DNA of 64,000 nt from the human T2T-CHM13v2.0 reference genome, Homo sapiens: NCBI RefSeq assembly GCF_009914755.1, contig NC_060941.1; one strand, 5' to 3'. The notes under the pieces are model-generated. The model saw only the letters and a list, made by a program, of their open reading frames with translations. It ran no database searches and had not been told where the DNA came from. Shown one piece after another: positions 19,631-37,455 of the stretch. The translations under genes and the position numbers were made by a program. Position 1 is the stretch's first letter. Each line of letters opens with the position of its first letter.

Positions 19631-20169
19631 CATCTCTGTGAGTTCTTCAACTACAGGACAGAATGCCAACTCAGGAAGATAATTCAGTAAACACAGCCAC
19701 CTTTGACTACAGACTATTTTTTATCCAAGATGTATTTCCATGTAGCAAAGTAAATTTAGCAAATGAAAATATAGTCTTGACTTGCTATGGATGTCCCCTA
19801 TCTCTGCCAAAAATGACAAGCTGCTTGCTCAAAAGCTGTCACTAATTAGCAGCTGCTGCTGTAAAGAAAACCAAAGTAAGTGCCAATAAAAGCATATTGA
19901 ACTCAAAGAGGGCCCTATGACAAGAGATGGGAAATGCAAGAATCTATTTGTGACTAGTAAACTTACATAAATACTAGCAATCTAAATTTGGGAGATGTAG
20001 GGGCAGGGCAATAATGGCAATACATATCCATTCATATTTAAACAGGAAGGACTGAAAGAGTCTCCTAACATCCTGAAAGTCAGAAATACCAAGGTATTGG
20101 TGTTGCTGAATTCCATCACAACCATTTCCACCTTTCCAATAGGAGCCAGTCTTGGTTTTGGATGATGAT

Positions 20170-20330
20170 GATTATTTTTAGAGACAGGGTCTTGTTCTGT
20201 GGCCCAGACTGGAGAGCAGTGGCATGAACACAACTCATTGCAGCCTGTGACTCCTGGCCTCAAGTCATCTTGCCACCTTTGCCTCCCAAAGTGCTGGGAT
20301 TACAGGCGTGAGTCACCGCGCCTGGCCTGG
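20170..20330 (-). mobile_element. FLAM/Alu monomer
   Basis: Antisense monomer; TSD-like GGTTTTGGAT. Confidence 0.8.
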
Positions 20331-20608
20331 TTTTGGATAATTTCTCATTGTCAATACTTCTGTCTCTGGCACTTTAACAACTGCATTTGTAGACATTGTA
20401 AAAATAAATTTTAAAAATAACTTTCATATTCTATGGGCTTCGGCCTAAACTCTGATGGTTCCGAATCTACCTGTTGACCCCTCATGTTATAGGTTGAAAC
20501 TATGAAGTCAAGCAGAAGTGATCTGCCCAATGTAAATGAGCACAGATACAGTGGTAGAAAATCACTTTACTAGCCCTATTTCAAGAGGCTCTAAAGGAGT
20601 CCACAACA

Positions 20609-20860
20609 TCCCAGCACTTTGGGATGCTGAGGCAGGAGGATCACTTGAGGCCAGGAGTTCAAGACCAGCCTGGGCAACACAGCAAGACCTCATCTCTACA
20701 AAATAAAAATTAAAAAATTAGCCAGGCGTGCTGGTATGTACCTGTAATCCTAGCTACTCAGAAGGCTGAGGTGGGAGGATGGCTTGAGCCCAGGAGTTTG
20801 AGGCTACAGTGAGCCATGACTGCACCACTGCACTCTGTCTCTTAAAAAATAATAATAATA
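20609..20860 (+). mobile_element. Truncated AluJ
   Basis: Diverged Alu lacking its 5' end. Confidence 0.88.
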
Positions 20861-21298
20861 AAGTAGTCTACAGCCCAAGATCCTGCTTTAAAGCTAAATT
20901 CCATAGATTACTTTTCAAATCATCCTTCGAAGCTGTCCTCTCTTTGTTCCTATCAGTCAGAACTCCCAGTATATTTCTCTTTTTCCTCAACAAGTTAGTT
21001 TCTGTCCTTAAAAAAAAAAAAATTAAGAATATTTCCCCTTCATTTTGGTTCTCTTACTCTCTTTTTCTCTCTCCCTCCAGGTGAACTGCTAGAGAGCTAT
21101 GATTGTTTCATCTATATTTGGACCCCTAGGGTCAGGCTGTGTCTTCAGCAACTACTCAGAAAAATGAGAATGAAAAAGAAAGAAAAAAGGAAGAAAGAGA
21201 GAGAGGGAAGGACAAACTGGAAGGGAAGGGAAGGAAAAGTAGGGAGAAAGGAAGATGTAATGAGAATAGAAAATTTTTAAAAATGGAAAAAAAAAGAA

Positions 21299-21592
<294 letters not shown>

Positions 21593-22019
21593 TTAACTGT
21601 CGTTTCTTAATGACACGCAATCAGAACCTCCCCTGCAGCTGAGGTCCCCTGTGGAGAGTATGTCTCATTGTCTGTATAAACAATTACAACAATGTACCTG
21701 TAATTTTCCAGTTCATAATCAGGCTGTAAGAATGAGAACAATTTGTTTTATGAAACATGGAGAAAGACTAATCTTTGCTATTACTCTCAGTGCAGGTTTA
21801 TCAGCAAGACTTGGAGTAGATAAGCCACAGGCATACAGATGAGGAATCACATTTTGAAAGCTTTAATAACTCCCTAGTGGTATGCAACAAGCTGCTGAAT
21901 TAACTTGTCTTTGCATACTCATTGCACATGCATCACTGGCCAGGTCTAGGTACAAAGCAAAAACTAAACAATCAAAGGAAAGAAAAACTGTGAAGTCTCC
22001 AACCAAAAGAATTATGTTG

Positions 22020-22625
<606 letters not shown>

Positions 22626-22744
22626 GGGTTAAAAAACCAGTTTTTGCCTAATAAACTCACATTTTTTCTATCTTTAATGCTGAAATCCAAAGGAAACAAA
22701 GAGATATTTGCTGTCTCCTCTCTCTTCTCCCCCATCCCCCCAAC

Positions 22745-22868
22745 TTTTTTTGAGACAGCGTCTCACTCTGTGGCCCAGGCTGGTCTCTAACTCATGGGCT
22801 CAAGTGACCCTCCTGGCTCAGCCTCCCATAGTACTGGGATTATAGGCATGAGCCACTGCACCCAGCCC
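22745..22868 (-). mobile_element. FLAM/Alu left monomer
   Basis: Antisense monomer. Confidence 0.8.
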
Positions 22869-22969
22869 CCTCTCTTTTCTTTCTTCCACAGTAAAAGGCA
22901 CACTTTCAGTCCTTCTGAGGGTTGAAGTTCTCTGGATACACCTGCTGTATTGAGATTAAAGGGGAATAC

Positions 22970-23547
<578 letters not shown>

Positions 23548-24418
23548 ACTTATTTAACAGATACTTATTGAGTAACTATTACATGTTGGGCTCTGTTCTA
23601 GGTACTAAGAATGTGGCAGTGAACAAAACAGACATGCTTTATGTAACTTAGATTCTGGTATGTAATATTAAATACTTTAAAGTTTAAATAAATAATTGTG
23701 CCCCTGCTACACTTTCTAGTTTTTGTTTTTATTCTTCTTCTCTTTATTTCTGTTGGGAGAAAACAGATACCACCTGACAATTGAATCTTACAGGTCAATG
23801 ACAAAGTCTGTGTGTTCAAACCAGTATCTGGGAAGAAGTTTTAAAAGCACCTCCACAACATCAAACAGGGGGATTACTGGCTTTTGTGAAGTCTTGGTGA
23901 TGCAAAAGCAATTTCTGATAAAACCAGAACATCTGTTCATCCCTGCTGAAAGCCTATCATCTTTATGGAGCTATTGTATGTGCAAAACAAATCGGGTCCA
24001 ATCAAGGATTCCACAGTTAAGATCATTTCAGTGTGGCATTATTCCAGCTTTGGTCCAGGACATACAGTTTTATTTACAGGATAACTTTCATGATTGCCAC
24101 AATCAAATCAAATCCTTTGTCTTTCAAAGGTGATTTGCAGATTCAATCTTCACAAAGCACTAAAAATATAGAGCATGGAGTTAAAAATTCACAATGGGAC
24201 CACACACAAATAGCAGTACAGGGTGGTAGATAGCTAGCCAATGTTTACTTTCTTCTTTTTCCCATAGAATAAAATATAGGTCAAATTCTACTAAAACAAC
24301 AAATACCACCACAGTGAAAACCTAGGTATAACAAAAATATTTTGAAACACTTAAAAATGTCCATGTGTTTCTTAATCCAACACAATATACTTTTATAGAA
24401 TCAATATAATGAATTTTA

Positions 24419-24455
24419 TGAGAGTGCTGAATCCTAACCACTAGACAACCAGGGA
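24419..24455 (-). pseudogene. Tailless retrocopy of tRNA-Glu(CTC) 5' half
   Basis: Reverse complement TCCCTGGTTGTCTAGTGGTTAGGATTCAGCACTCTCA matches nt 1-37 of tRNA-Glu-CTC (34/37 against my recalled sequence). Flanked by the 14-bp direct repeat TATAATGAATTTTA. Confidence 0.88.
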
Positions 24456-24882
24456 ATTATAATGAATTTTAAATCAAAAGAATGACTCCTTAGAGCATAA
24501 CAACTTTGTGTCCGCTCTTTAATTTTCATCTTTAGGGACATATTTTAAATATTTCAAAATAGGCTGTCACAGTATATTTGGAAGAAAGGAATTTGTTTCC
24601 CTTTATGGAAATCATCCTCAAATGTATTGAGGAATAATTTTACATTCAATAAATTACATCAGGATGTTTCCAATGTTATAATGAACCTACTTTTGGCAAC
24701 ATAGTAAAATAAAGGGGTTCCTAAAGCCCACCCATTAGTAAAAGTTATTGAATATTTTATTTAACATTAAAAGGTCAACTAATTTGGCTTAGATGTCAGG
24801 CAATATCCAAAGAAACACAGAAGTTCTAGCCATTTCTTCAAAGGTTCCTTCTGAAATCAGGTATCCTTTAAAAAGACCATTA

Positions 24883-25290
<408 letters not shown>

Positions 25291-25659
25291 TTACCAGTCA
25301 TGGTGTGAACTTGGCAGTTTAGGGAGGCTACCACCTCACCTAGGGGGAACTAAAAATGATTCCCCTCCCTTAAGTATCTCCTAAGACTACAGCAAAACTG
25401 GGGGGAACTCTCTTTTGAAAGGAAAAATTTCATCTGTAACTAGATCCCCAATTTTAAGCATCAACTTGATGTATTTTATAAAAATGAAGAGTAGCTAAGA
25501 CCAAAAGGTGAATATGATTCTTTTCTAGACAAATTCAGTTTCAAAAATAAAGTTAAACAACACTCTGAAACAAAACAAAAATAACAAAACACCCTGCCTA
25601 AAAGTGATTTGACAGTTGAGGTATACCTGAAACAGGGTGGGCTGTTTATTTTTATTCAG

Positions 25660-25788
25660 AATTTTGTTTTCAGAGATGGGATCTCACTATGTTGCCCAGG
25701 CTGACTTGAAACTCTTGGGCTCAAGCGATCCTCCCACCTTGGCCTCCCAAAGTGTTGGGATTACAGGCGTGAGCCACTGCACCTGGCC
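25660..25788 (-). mobile_element. FLAM
   Basis: Antisense monomer. Confidence 0.82.
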
Positions 25789-25991
25789 AGAGAGGGCTTT
25801 TCTACTCCCAAGAAATGAGAGGTCCTCTGAAAGCAGGAGCTTCAAGGACATGGGTAATGCTTCAGCCATGCAAGGATGCAGCAGTTTTCAAACAAGAGGG
25901 TGCATCTGTGGGTGTCTGGGTGTGTCTTGGGGGTGAGGGAATGGTAGGAAGCTTTAAGGGCATCACTTTCTTTAGGTAAGAGACACTTTTG

Positions 25992-26287
<296 letters not shown>

Positions 26288-26349
26288 GACACTTTTATTT
26301 CCTACAGAGCAGTGGCTTCAGTTCCCACAGGGCAAGAGACCCTATTTGT

Positions 26350-26441
26350 TTTGTTTTATTTTAAGTTCCAGGATACATGTGCAGGATGTGCAGATTTGTT
26401 ACACAGGTAAACATGTGCCATGGTGGTTTGCTGCACCAAGC
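26350..26441 (-). mobile_element. Short L1PA 3'-end fragment with TSD
   Basis: GATACATGTGCAGGATGTGCAG...TGCTGCACC L1 3' UTR end; TSD GACCCTATTTGT at 26338-26349 and 26442-26453. Confidence 0.85.
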
Positions 26442-26529
26442 GACCCTATTTGTATTTGTTGATTGTAAGCCAGATGTTATAAAGCAGGAGACAGCCCTAT
26501 ATTTCATTTCCCTTCGTTAGAAGGCCTAT

Positions 26530-27340
26530 AGCCACACTGTTTATTATGGTAGCCTCTAGCAGCATGTGCTACCTAAGCACTTGAAATGTAGCTAGTGCGA
26601 CTGGGGAACTGAATTGCAAATTTTATCTCATTTGAATTAACTTAAATGTAAACCTGGAAACTGGTGTTCAATTTAATACTTGGAAAACCTTTCAGTACGT
26701 TTGGAACACCTTCAGTATGTGAATCTACTTTATCAACTGAAAGTTTTATGAAATCTGAACACAGTTCATGCATTTCTGGTGAAAATTTGGTGGCTAAATT
26801 GAGAGATTTTATAACTGTAAGATACACACCAGATTTTGAAGCATTCGTACAAAAAAAGGAATGTAAAATATCTCAGTGTTTTTGTGGGCTTTTGGGTTCG
26901 TTTGTTTTTTTTTGAGACAGGGTCTCACTCTGTTGCCCAGGCTGGAATGCAGTAGCACGAACACGACTCACTGCAGCCTTAACCTCCTCGGCTCAAGTGA
27001 TCCTCCCACCTTGGCCTCCCAAGTAGCTGGGACTATAGGTGCACATCACCATGCCTAGCTAATTTTGTTGTTGTTGTTGTTAGAGACTGGGTCTCACTAT
27101 GTTGCCCAGGCTGGTCTCGAACTCCTGGACTCAAGTGATCCTCCTGCTTTGGCTCCCCAAACTGGCCCAAAATACCTCATTAATCAATAATTTTTATATT
27201 GATCAAATGTTGAAATGATAATTTTTATATATTAAAGTATATTGTTAAAATTAATTTTATTTTTACTTTTTATTGTGATACAGACTAAGAAAATTACAAT
27301 TGGAGCTCACATTATATTTGTATTGAACAGTGCTGGTCTA
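26530..27340 (+). mobile_element. hAT-Charlie (Charlie1/MER33-like) fossil with transposase C-terminal remnant, interrupted by AluJ
   Basis: MER3/MER33-like ends (AGCACTTGAAATGTAGCTAGTGCGACTG; CACATTATATTTGTATTGAACAGTGCTG). ORF 26664-26915 (FGTPSVCESTLS...NL...LR...TPDF) resembles an hAT dimerisation-domain end. Confidence 0.72.
26900..27165 (-). mobile_element. AluJ in the Charlie element
   Basis: Antisense diverged dimer. Confidence 0.9.
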
Positions 27341-27404
27341 GAACATAAATATTCCACATACTGTACACAATTATTGCTTAGTTTCCTAGTTTATATGTCT
27401 TACC

Positions 27405-27694
27405 TTTTTTTTTTTTTTCTTGAGACAGAGTCTCATTTTGTCGCCGAGGCTGAAGTGCAGTGGTGCAATCTCAGCTCACTGCAACATCTGCCACCTGTGT
27501 TCAAATGATTCTCCTGCCTCAGCCTCCTGAGACTACAGACATGTGCCACCACGCCCGGCTAATTTTTGTATTTTTAGTAGAGACAGGGTCTCACCAAGCG
27601 GGCCAGGCTGGTCTCGACCTCCTGACTCAAGTGGTCCGCCCACCTCAGCCTCCCAAAGTGTTAGGATTACAGGCATAATCCACCATGTATGGCC
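27405..27694 (-). mobile_element. Alu (AluS/J)
   Basis: Antisense dimer. Confidence 0.92.
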
Positions 27695-27985
27695 AGAAAA
27701 CATAATTTTGAATTAAACGAGATTATCATGTTTTTAGGAAGTAGAGGAGGTAAGAGGTGATAAGCAAAAAATAACCAAAAAGAAGAGAATGATTTATTTA
27801 TGTAGGCATATTGAACAATATATGTTTATAGTTTTATCTTTAATACAGAAAAACACTTATTTACTTCATGCATTTTAATTAACTACTTTATGGATTTAGG
27901 TTTTAAAAGCACTAAAAAGTACTACGTGATTTTTAAAAATGTTTTGGTATTCCCCAAACTGGCTTAAAATAAAATTCTGTTATAG

Positions 27986-28487
<502 letters not shown>

Positions 28488-28569
28488 AAAATAGATTTTT
28501 ACTTAATTAAATTTTACATGAAATAAGTAAGTCTACTGGGCTCAAAATTGTCTATTTTTAAGGTTGTAA

Positions 28570-28872
<303 letters not shown>

Positions 28873-29226
28873 TAAACACTAATTCTAGTTACAAAGAAAC
28901 TATTTAATGTAAATTTAATTAAGGCAGAACATAAATCTCTGGTATTAGGAATGACTTATACCCAAGAGAAAATATCTTTCACTAGAGATTTCCTTTACCA
29001 GATATTCCCAAATGAGTACCATAATAAACATTTAGAGAAGTCATTAAGTGTGACTAATGGAATTATAAGAAAAAGAAATCCATAGCCTAGCAGCCTTCAT
29101 AGGTATCACCATGAAGGGGAAAAGCCAATGCAGAAAATATATTGAAATAATACAAAGTTCAGGGTTAAAACAAACTCAACCATTTTTTTCAAAACATCTT
29201 CAATATGAAATGAATAACTTAGCAGA

Positions 29227-29421
29227 GTGTGTATATATATGTGTGTATATATATACATATATGTATATATATACACATATATATGTGTGTATATATACAC
29301 ACATATATATGTGTATATATACACACATATATATGTATATACACACATATATGTGTGTGTATATATACACATATATATGTGTGTATATATATGTGTATAT
29401 ATATGTGTGTATATATATATG

Positions 29422-29509
<88 letters not shown>
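29227..29509. repeat. Compound (TA)n/(TG)n/(CA)n microsatellite
   Basis: About 280 bp of almost unbroken purine-pyrimidine alternation. Confidence 0.97.
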
Positions 29510-29514
<5 letters not shown>

Positions 29515-29524
29515 CCAAAAACAA

Positions 29525-29655
29525 TTTTTTTTTTTTTTTAAAGAGAGACAGGGTCTCTGTCCATTGCCCGGGCTTGGGAGTGCAATGGCACCATTATAGC
29601 TCACTGCAGCCTCCACTTCCCAGGTTCAAGCAATCCTTTCACCTCTGTCTCCCTA
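29525..29655 (-). mobile_element. Alu fragment
   Basis: Antisense right-monomer piece. Confidence 0.8.
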
Positions 29656-29978
29656 ACAATTTATTATATTATATAACAATATAATTCTCCATAAGCTTCT
29701 GTGTAAAAATATACAGGCTACCACGAAGCACAGGAAATAACACAGTCCTGAAGTTCAAATTATTTAAACTCTAAAAATGTTAAATGAAATTATGATGATT
29801 TTAACATAGTTCAACAAAAGATGTCAAAAAACAGGATACTATACCAAAAAATTAACAAAAACATCACAAACTCTTTTTTCTGCTTCTAAAAAGAAAACAC
29901 TGATAACAAAAAACAAATTCTACGTTCTAAGACATATCAATACACACAGCCATTTTAAAGATAACTTTTTTTTCCTGA

Positions 29979-30320
<342 letters not shown>

Positions 30321-30359
30321 TAATCTGTTTATTATAGAAAAATGGAAAGATACTAGAAA

Positions 30360-30360
<1 letters not shown>

Positions 30361-30400
<40 letters not shown>
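30361..30400. repeat. (CA)n microsatellite
   Basis: CGCG followed by about 18 CA units. Confidence 0.95.
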
Positions 30401-30402
<2 letters not shown>

Positions 30403-30689
30403 GAACTCCACGACCCAGAAGAAATCTTTTTTCAGCGCCTGTTCTTTTTTCCAGGCACAATTGTATATGATTGTTTGTAATTTCATTTTTCATTTAGTAA
30501 TATATAGTGAATTTTGTGTAGGTCATTAAATATTGTTTTATAACATAATTTAAATAGCTGGACAGTATTCTATTGGACAGCTATACACAGGTGTAATAAA
30601 TGATTTAGTTTATTAAACCTCTAATGGAAATACCAAGATTTTTCCAATTTATTGCTATTTTAAGTAACACTCCTTTTGTACAAATCTTT

Positions 30690-31792
<1,103 letters not shown>

Positions 31793-31799
31793 TTAAACA

Positions 31800-32575
31800 T
31801 ATTTCAGATGTCCTAGAATGAAATTCATCTAAATGAAACTGCTAAGTCAAAGGGTATGTACTCTTCTTTTTTTTTTTTGAGACGAAGTCTCGCTCTGTCA
31901 CCAGGCTGGAGTGCAGTAGTGTGATCTCGGCTCACAGCAACCTCTGACTCCCTGCCTCAGCCTCCCGAGTAGCTGGGATTACAGGCACGTGCCACCATGC
32001 CCAGCTAATTTTTGTATTTTTAGTAGAGACGGGGTTTCACCATGTTGGCCGGGATGGTCTTGAACTCCTGACCTCGTGATCCGACTGCCTTAGCTTCCCA
32101 AAGTGCTGGGATTACAGGCCTGAGCTCCCATGCCCAGCTTGAGTATGCACTCTTTTAAGCTCTCAATACATGTATCAAACTGCCATCCAAAAAAAGCACC
32201 CATTTACATTTCAACCAATGAGTATGAAAGTGCCAGTTTCCCACATTCCCAAGCAACACTGCTCTTATTTTTCAATATTTTTAGTCTTCATAAATCTGTT
32301 AACTGAAAAAACTTGTCATTTTTATTTGCATTTCTTGATTTCCAGTATGGGTGAACACTGTTTCATATGATTATCGGCTATTTGTAGTTCTTCTTTTGTT
32401 CATTTTCTATTATGGGAATCATCTTTTTCTTACTACTTATATAGATTACTTATATATTACGAATATTTACCCATAATGCTTTGTCATATATATTAGAAAT
32501 ATTTTTCTTATTTTGTCACTTAGCTTTGGTTTCTGGCATTTTTTGGCATAAAGAAGTTTTAAATATTTATGTATA
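31800..32575 (-). mobile_element. Old L1M fragment interrupted by an Alu
   Basis: Degenerate antisense L1 ORF2 3' region (TTTATTTGCATTTCTTGATT...). Confidence 0.55.
31864..32140 (-). mobile_element. Alu (AluSc-like) with internal deletion
   Basis: Antisense dimer. Confidence 0.92.
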
Positions 32576-32734
32576 CATATAAAAAGACATATGTGTATCT
32601 ATAAGATGTATCTTCTTTTATTAGTTATTAAAGCCACTTATATCCTGTTCAAATTTACCAATAAAACTGGAATGTAATGTTAAGTTCTGTGCAAACTAGA
32701 CCTCTTCACATTTGGGTAATAAAAATTCAAAACT

Positions 32735-33200
32735 AGCCAGGCTCAGGGGCTCACACCTGCAGTCCCATCTACTCTGGAGGCTGAGGTGGGAGGATCACTT
32801 GAGCTCAGGACTTTGAGACCAGCCCGGGCAACATAGTGAGACCCCACTCTTTAAAAAATAATAATAATAAATTAAAATAATAAATAAAATTCAAAACCAT
32901 AAATTTTGAGAATATCACATTTTTGGACAAAATTTTAAATGTGTGTCTAAAGTAATACGTTTTCTTACTTAAGGACCCACTCCTGGCACACTTCACTCAT
33001 CCTGGGCAACAGAGCAAGACACTGTCTCAAAAAATAAAAAAAAAAAAAAAAAAATCATTCCCTTAAAATTATATGCTTTTTGGCCCGGTGCAGTGACTCA
33101 TTCCTGTAATCCCAATACTGTGGAAGGTTGAGGTGGGAGGTGTGGAGGTGGAGGTGGGAGGGATCACCTGGAGACATAGCAAGACCCCTGTCTCTATTTT
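32735..33200 (+). mobile_element. Cluster of FLAM/Alu fragments (~32735-32890, ~33000-33054, ~33082-33200)
   Basis: Monomeric and partial Alu pieces. Confidence 0.75.
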
Positions 33201-33454
33201 TTTTTAACTATGTGCATTTTTCTGGTATTGCAAAGTCAAGGGATCTTGCCTCATCACCAACTCAGCATGTGAATTGTAGCCATGCCACTCAGGAAGCCAA
33301 ATATTTTCTATTTTGTTTTGATACCTTCAACATGAGGAGAAAGGCCAATCTCTTCATACATTACAATGAAATTAGTATTTTTACTTGATATTTAAACTCA
33401 CTGCAAGATAAACTCATTTGTAAAACATGACTACACTCAGAGTTTCCATATATG

Positions 33455-34988
<1,534 letters not shown>

Positions 34989-35552
34989 TAGTTACGTAAC
35001 AATAACCAAAGAAAAATACAAAAAGAGGGACTATTTACATTGTATCCTTACATATTAAACCTTCCATGCCTTCGGAATAAGAATCTAGTATCCAGTTCTC
35101 ACTATACATAGCTTTCCCTCACTTTCTATCAGAAATGAGATAGGAGTCCCACCTTCCTGGCATCAGAAACAGATCACCAATCCTGCAAACAAATTCACAG
35201 GGTGAACTGTTTCATTTTTAAAGAGCTGTAGATTTCTGTAGATCTCTAATTTGCTACTTTTCCTAAACCTAAAAGATGACCAAAAGATTTTTAGAAACAT
35301 TAAACAAAAAAACAGAATTAGCATTATTTCTAACAGAACATTTTACCTATTTAAATATACTGTAGAATGAATGCTATATTACAAAGCTGATGAATTCCAA
35401 TTTTTAGTACTTTAAGAGATCAAGTGTTCAAGTTTCTTTTTATATAGGCTACAATGACATGTATGAATGTAACTTAACATTTAGCCCAGGTTAGATTTTT
35501 TAAAATCCCACTCCTTCAAAAACAGTGACTTGCCACCAGCTATAGGCTCTGA

Positions 35553-35860
<308 letters not shown>

Positions 35861-36397
35861 AGGCTCTGAATTTTAGACAACAAAAAATAGTTTCTCACAA
35901 ACTTTTTAACTTACTCTCACCTAAAGGCTGGAAAACCCCAGTGAAGGCTTTTAAAACTCATCAGACATAGAAAAAAAGAAGCAGCTTTAATTGTAGGATC
36001 TCACTGACACAAACATAAGGAAATTCTGAGTTATAGATACCTCACATTAAGCTTTTTCCACTGACATTGTAACTTCTGTCAACATTCAAAGAAAATTCAA
36101 CCCTGGTCAAAGGTGACAGTTGACAATCCTGGAAGCTAACATCCTCTGTTTATTTGAACAAGTTTATACTCTGCACAGGGAATTGAAGTTCTTCTTGTCT
36201 GTGACTTGATCTCCCAAAGTTAAAGCACTACGCTTTAGGGTTGTGAATTCTGTTTCCAAGACTTAACTTCACAATCCACTCCCAAGGAAAAGTGCTGAGA
36301 GAAAGTAAGCATCATAAATGAAAAAAAAAAAAAAATCTGAGACTATTTTCTAATGGCCTTTGCAGAGCTCTAGACATACAATAGTTCAGTTGCCTTA

Positions 36398-36713
<316 letters not shown>

Positions 36714-37239
36714 TTAGCCCAAATAAGTAAAATTCTTAAATCTGTCTCAGAAATCATGACTAATGCTCTAAAAAGCTTTAATGCAACAAGAATAGGACAG
36801 AAATCCCCGCAAAATAAAGTTGTAAATAAAATGAGTGGGATTGTTGAGTTCTCAGTACAGACGTGCATGTCAACACAAACCCACTACATTGGCACAAATG
36901 ATCCCTTTGTTTGTAAACAGAGGCCAAGGAGACAGCTTATAGCTCTTCTTCTATGATGTACACGGTAATGCTAGGGGAAGAAGAATGAAAGACAACTTAT
37001 AATAAAAATTAAGACTTTCTCTTCTTTAATATAATTTCCACCAGAAGTATATACTTTAATTGGAAAAATATTTATCACCATCTTCATCAACATTTAAAAA
37101 AATCCTAAACATATAAAAATATTTTCTATTCAAAAACCAACGAGACTCCATTTGGGAACACAAAGAAATACAAGCCTCAAAGAAACAAAATGTCTTATAA
37201 CAAAGTGGCAGTGGCCAGCTCGCTTTTGCTGTACACTAG

Positions 37240-37455
37240 TTAGGGATGCAGTCTCTGGAATCAGCCCCGCCAAGAACAGTAATGTGACCTTGGACAAATT
37301 ACTTAACTTCTCTGTGGCCATTTCTTCATCTTCCATCTGGGAATAATACCCACTCCTCTGAGAATCACGAGTTAACACAAGGCCAGAGCTGAAAACAATG
37401 TCTGCCCAGCACACTGTCAGTGAACGGTAAGCATTAGGTAATGTTTTTATTATCT
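37240..37455 (+). mobile_element. MIR
   Basis: TGTGACCTTGGACAAATTACTTAACTTCTCTG core. Confidence 0.7.

Noticed and set aside
23723-24233. 136-aa and 66-aa ORFs in non-repeat intron
   Set aside because: Non-ATG starts, no recognisable homology or splice structure.
26664-26915. hAT transposase-like ORF as a domesticated gene
   Set aside because: Short, degenerate remnant inside a Charlie fossil, interrupted by an Alu.
29106-29616. Several ORFs of YIYI/THTH/VCVC repeats
   Set aside because: Microsatellite translation artefacts.
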